NCBI GenBank assembly: GCA_013239625.1 | Contig: MU054323.1 | Span: 16,744,029 to 16,808,028, forward strand | Direction of reading: 5' to 3' | DNA from: Lama guanicoe | Taxonomy: Eukaryota | Length of the DNA stretch: 64,000 nt | In this document: piece by piece, positions 63,659-64,000 of the stretch | Numbering within the stretch: the stretch's first letter is position 1 | How the letters are laid out: each line of letters begins with the position of its first letter | Made by a program: the position numbers and the translations under genes | Notes under the pieces: model-generated | The model's input: the letters and a program-made list of their open reading frames with translations, nothing else | The model's database searches: none | What the model was told of the DNA's origin: nothing

Positions 63659-63946
63659 CCATCACGCCACCACCCCGCATTATCCTCCACGTAGCACCTA
63701 GCCTCTTGTGGCTTCCCCACAGCCATCCTGCCTTCCATCTCTTCCTTGTTCATCGAGCCTCCAGTTGATTTGGGGTGTTTACCCATCCGTATGTTTAGAG
63801 AAAGTGAGCCCCCACCAACCTGGGGGCAGAAGAGTTCTTAGTCTATACCCCATATAGTCATCCCACTCCTCTGACCCATGACTGACTTCAGCACGGGCAC
63901 AAAATAAACTGCTGAACAATGAGCAGTGAGAGGAAGAGCCTCTGAT

Positions 63947-64000
63947 TGTCTTAGTCTGCTGGGGCTGCCACAACAAAATACCATGGACTGGGTGGCTTAC
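63947..64000 (-). mobile_element. MLT1A-like LTR end, cut by the window edge
   Basis: 'tgtcttagtctgctggggctgccacaacaaaataccatggactgggtggctta'. Confidence 0.75.

Overview
Mammalian nuclear DNA, repeat-rich and without any host protein-coding exon that I can support. It is most likely camelid (alpaca/camel), inferred from seven Vic-1-like tRNA-derived SINEs. The window holds: (1) several generations of LINE-1, including a young 5'-truncated copy with an uninterrupted ORF2 3' half and a perfect 18-bp target-site duplication (TSD) at 41718-43790; (2) four ERV1-type solo LTRs; (3) MaLR/MLT1 LTRs; (4) MER58A, MER63A, MER82 and MER5 DNA-transposon fossils; (5) L2, L3 and MIR relics; (6) a processed RPS11 pseudogene nested in an LTR that is itself nested in an old L1. 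The notable structures are all retrotransposition products. The first is a twin-primed (5'-inverted) young L1 carrying a ~185-bp 3' transduction with a second poly(A) tail, inserted beside an LTR TATA box (52760-53192). The second is a target site reused twice, giving three TSD copies around a tail-less L1 and a SINE (33318-34039). The third is a SINE subtype whose 3' tail is complementary to its own 5' head. Repeat family names come from recall of consensus sequences, not from a database search. Almost all ORFs in the track are spurious. I found no convincing novel protein-coding system.
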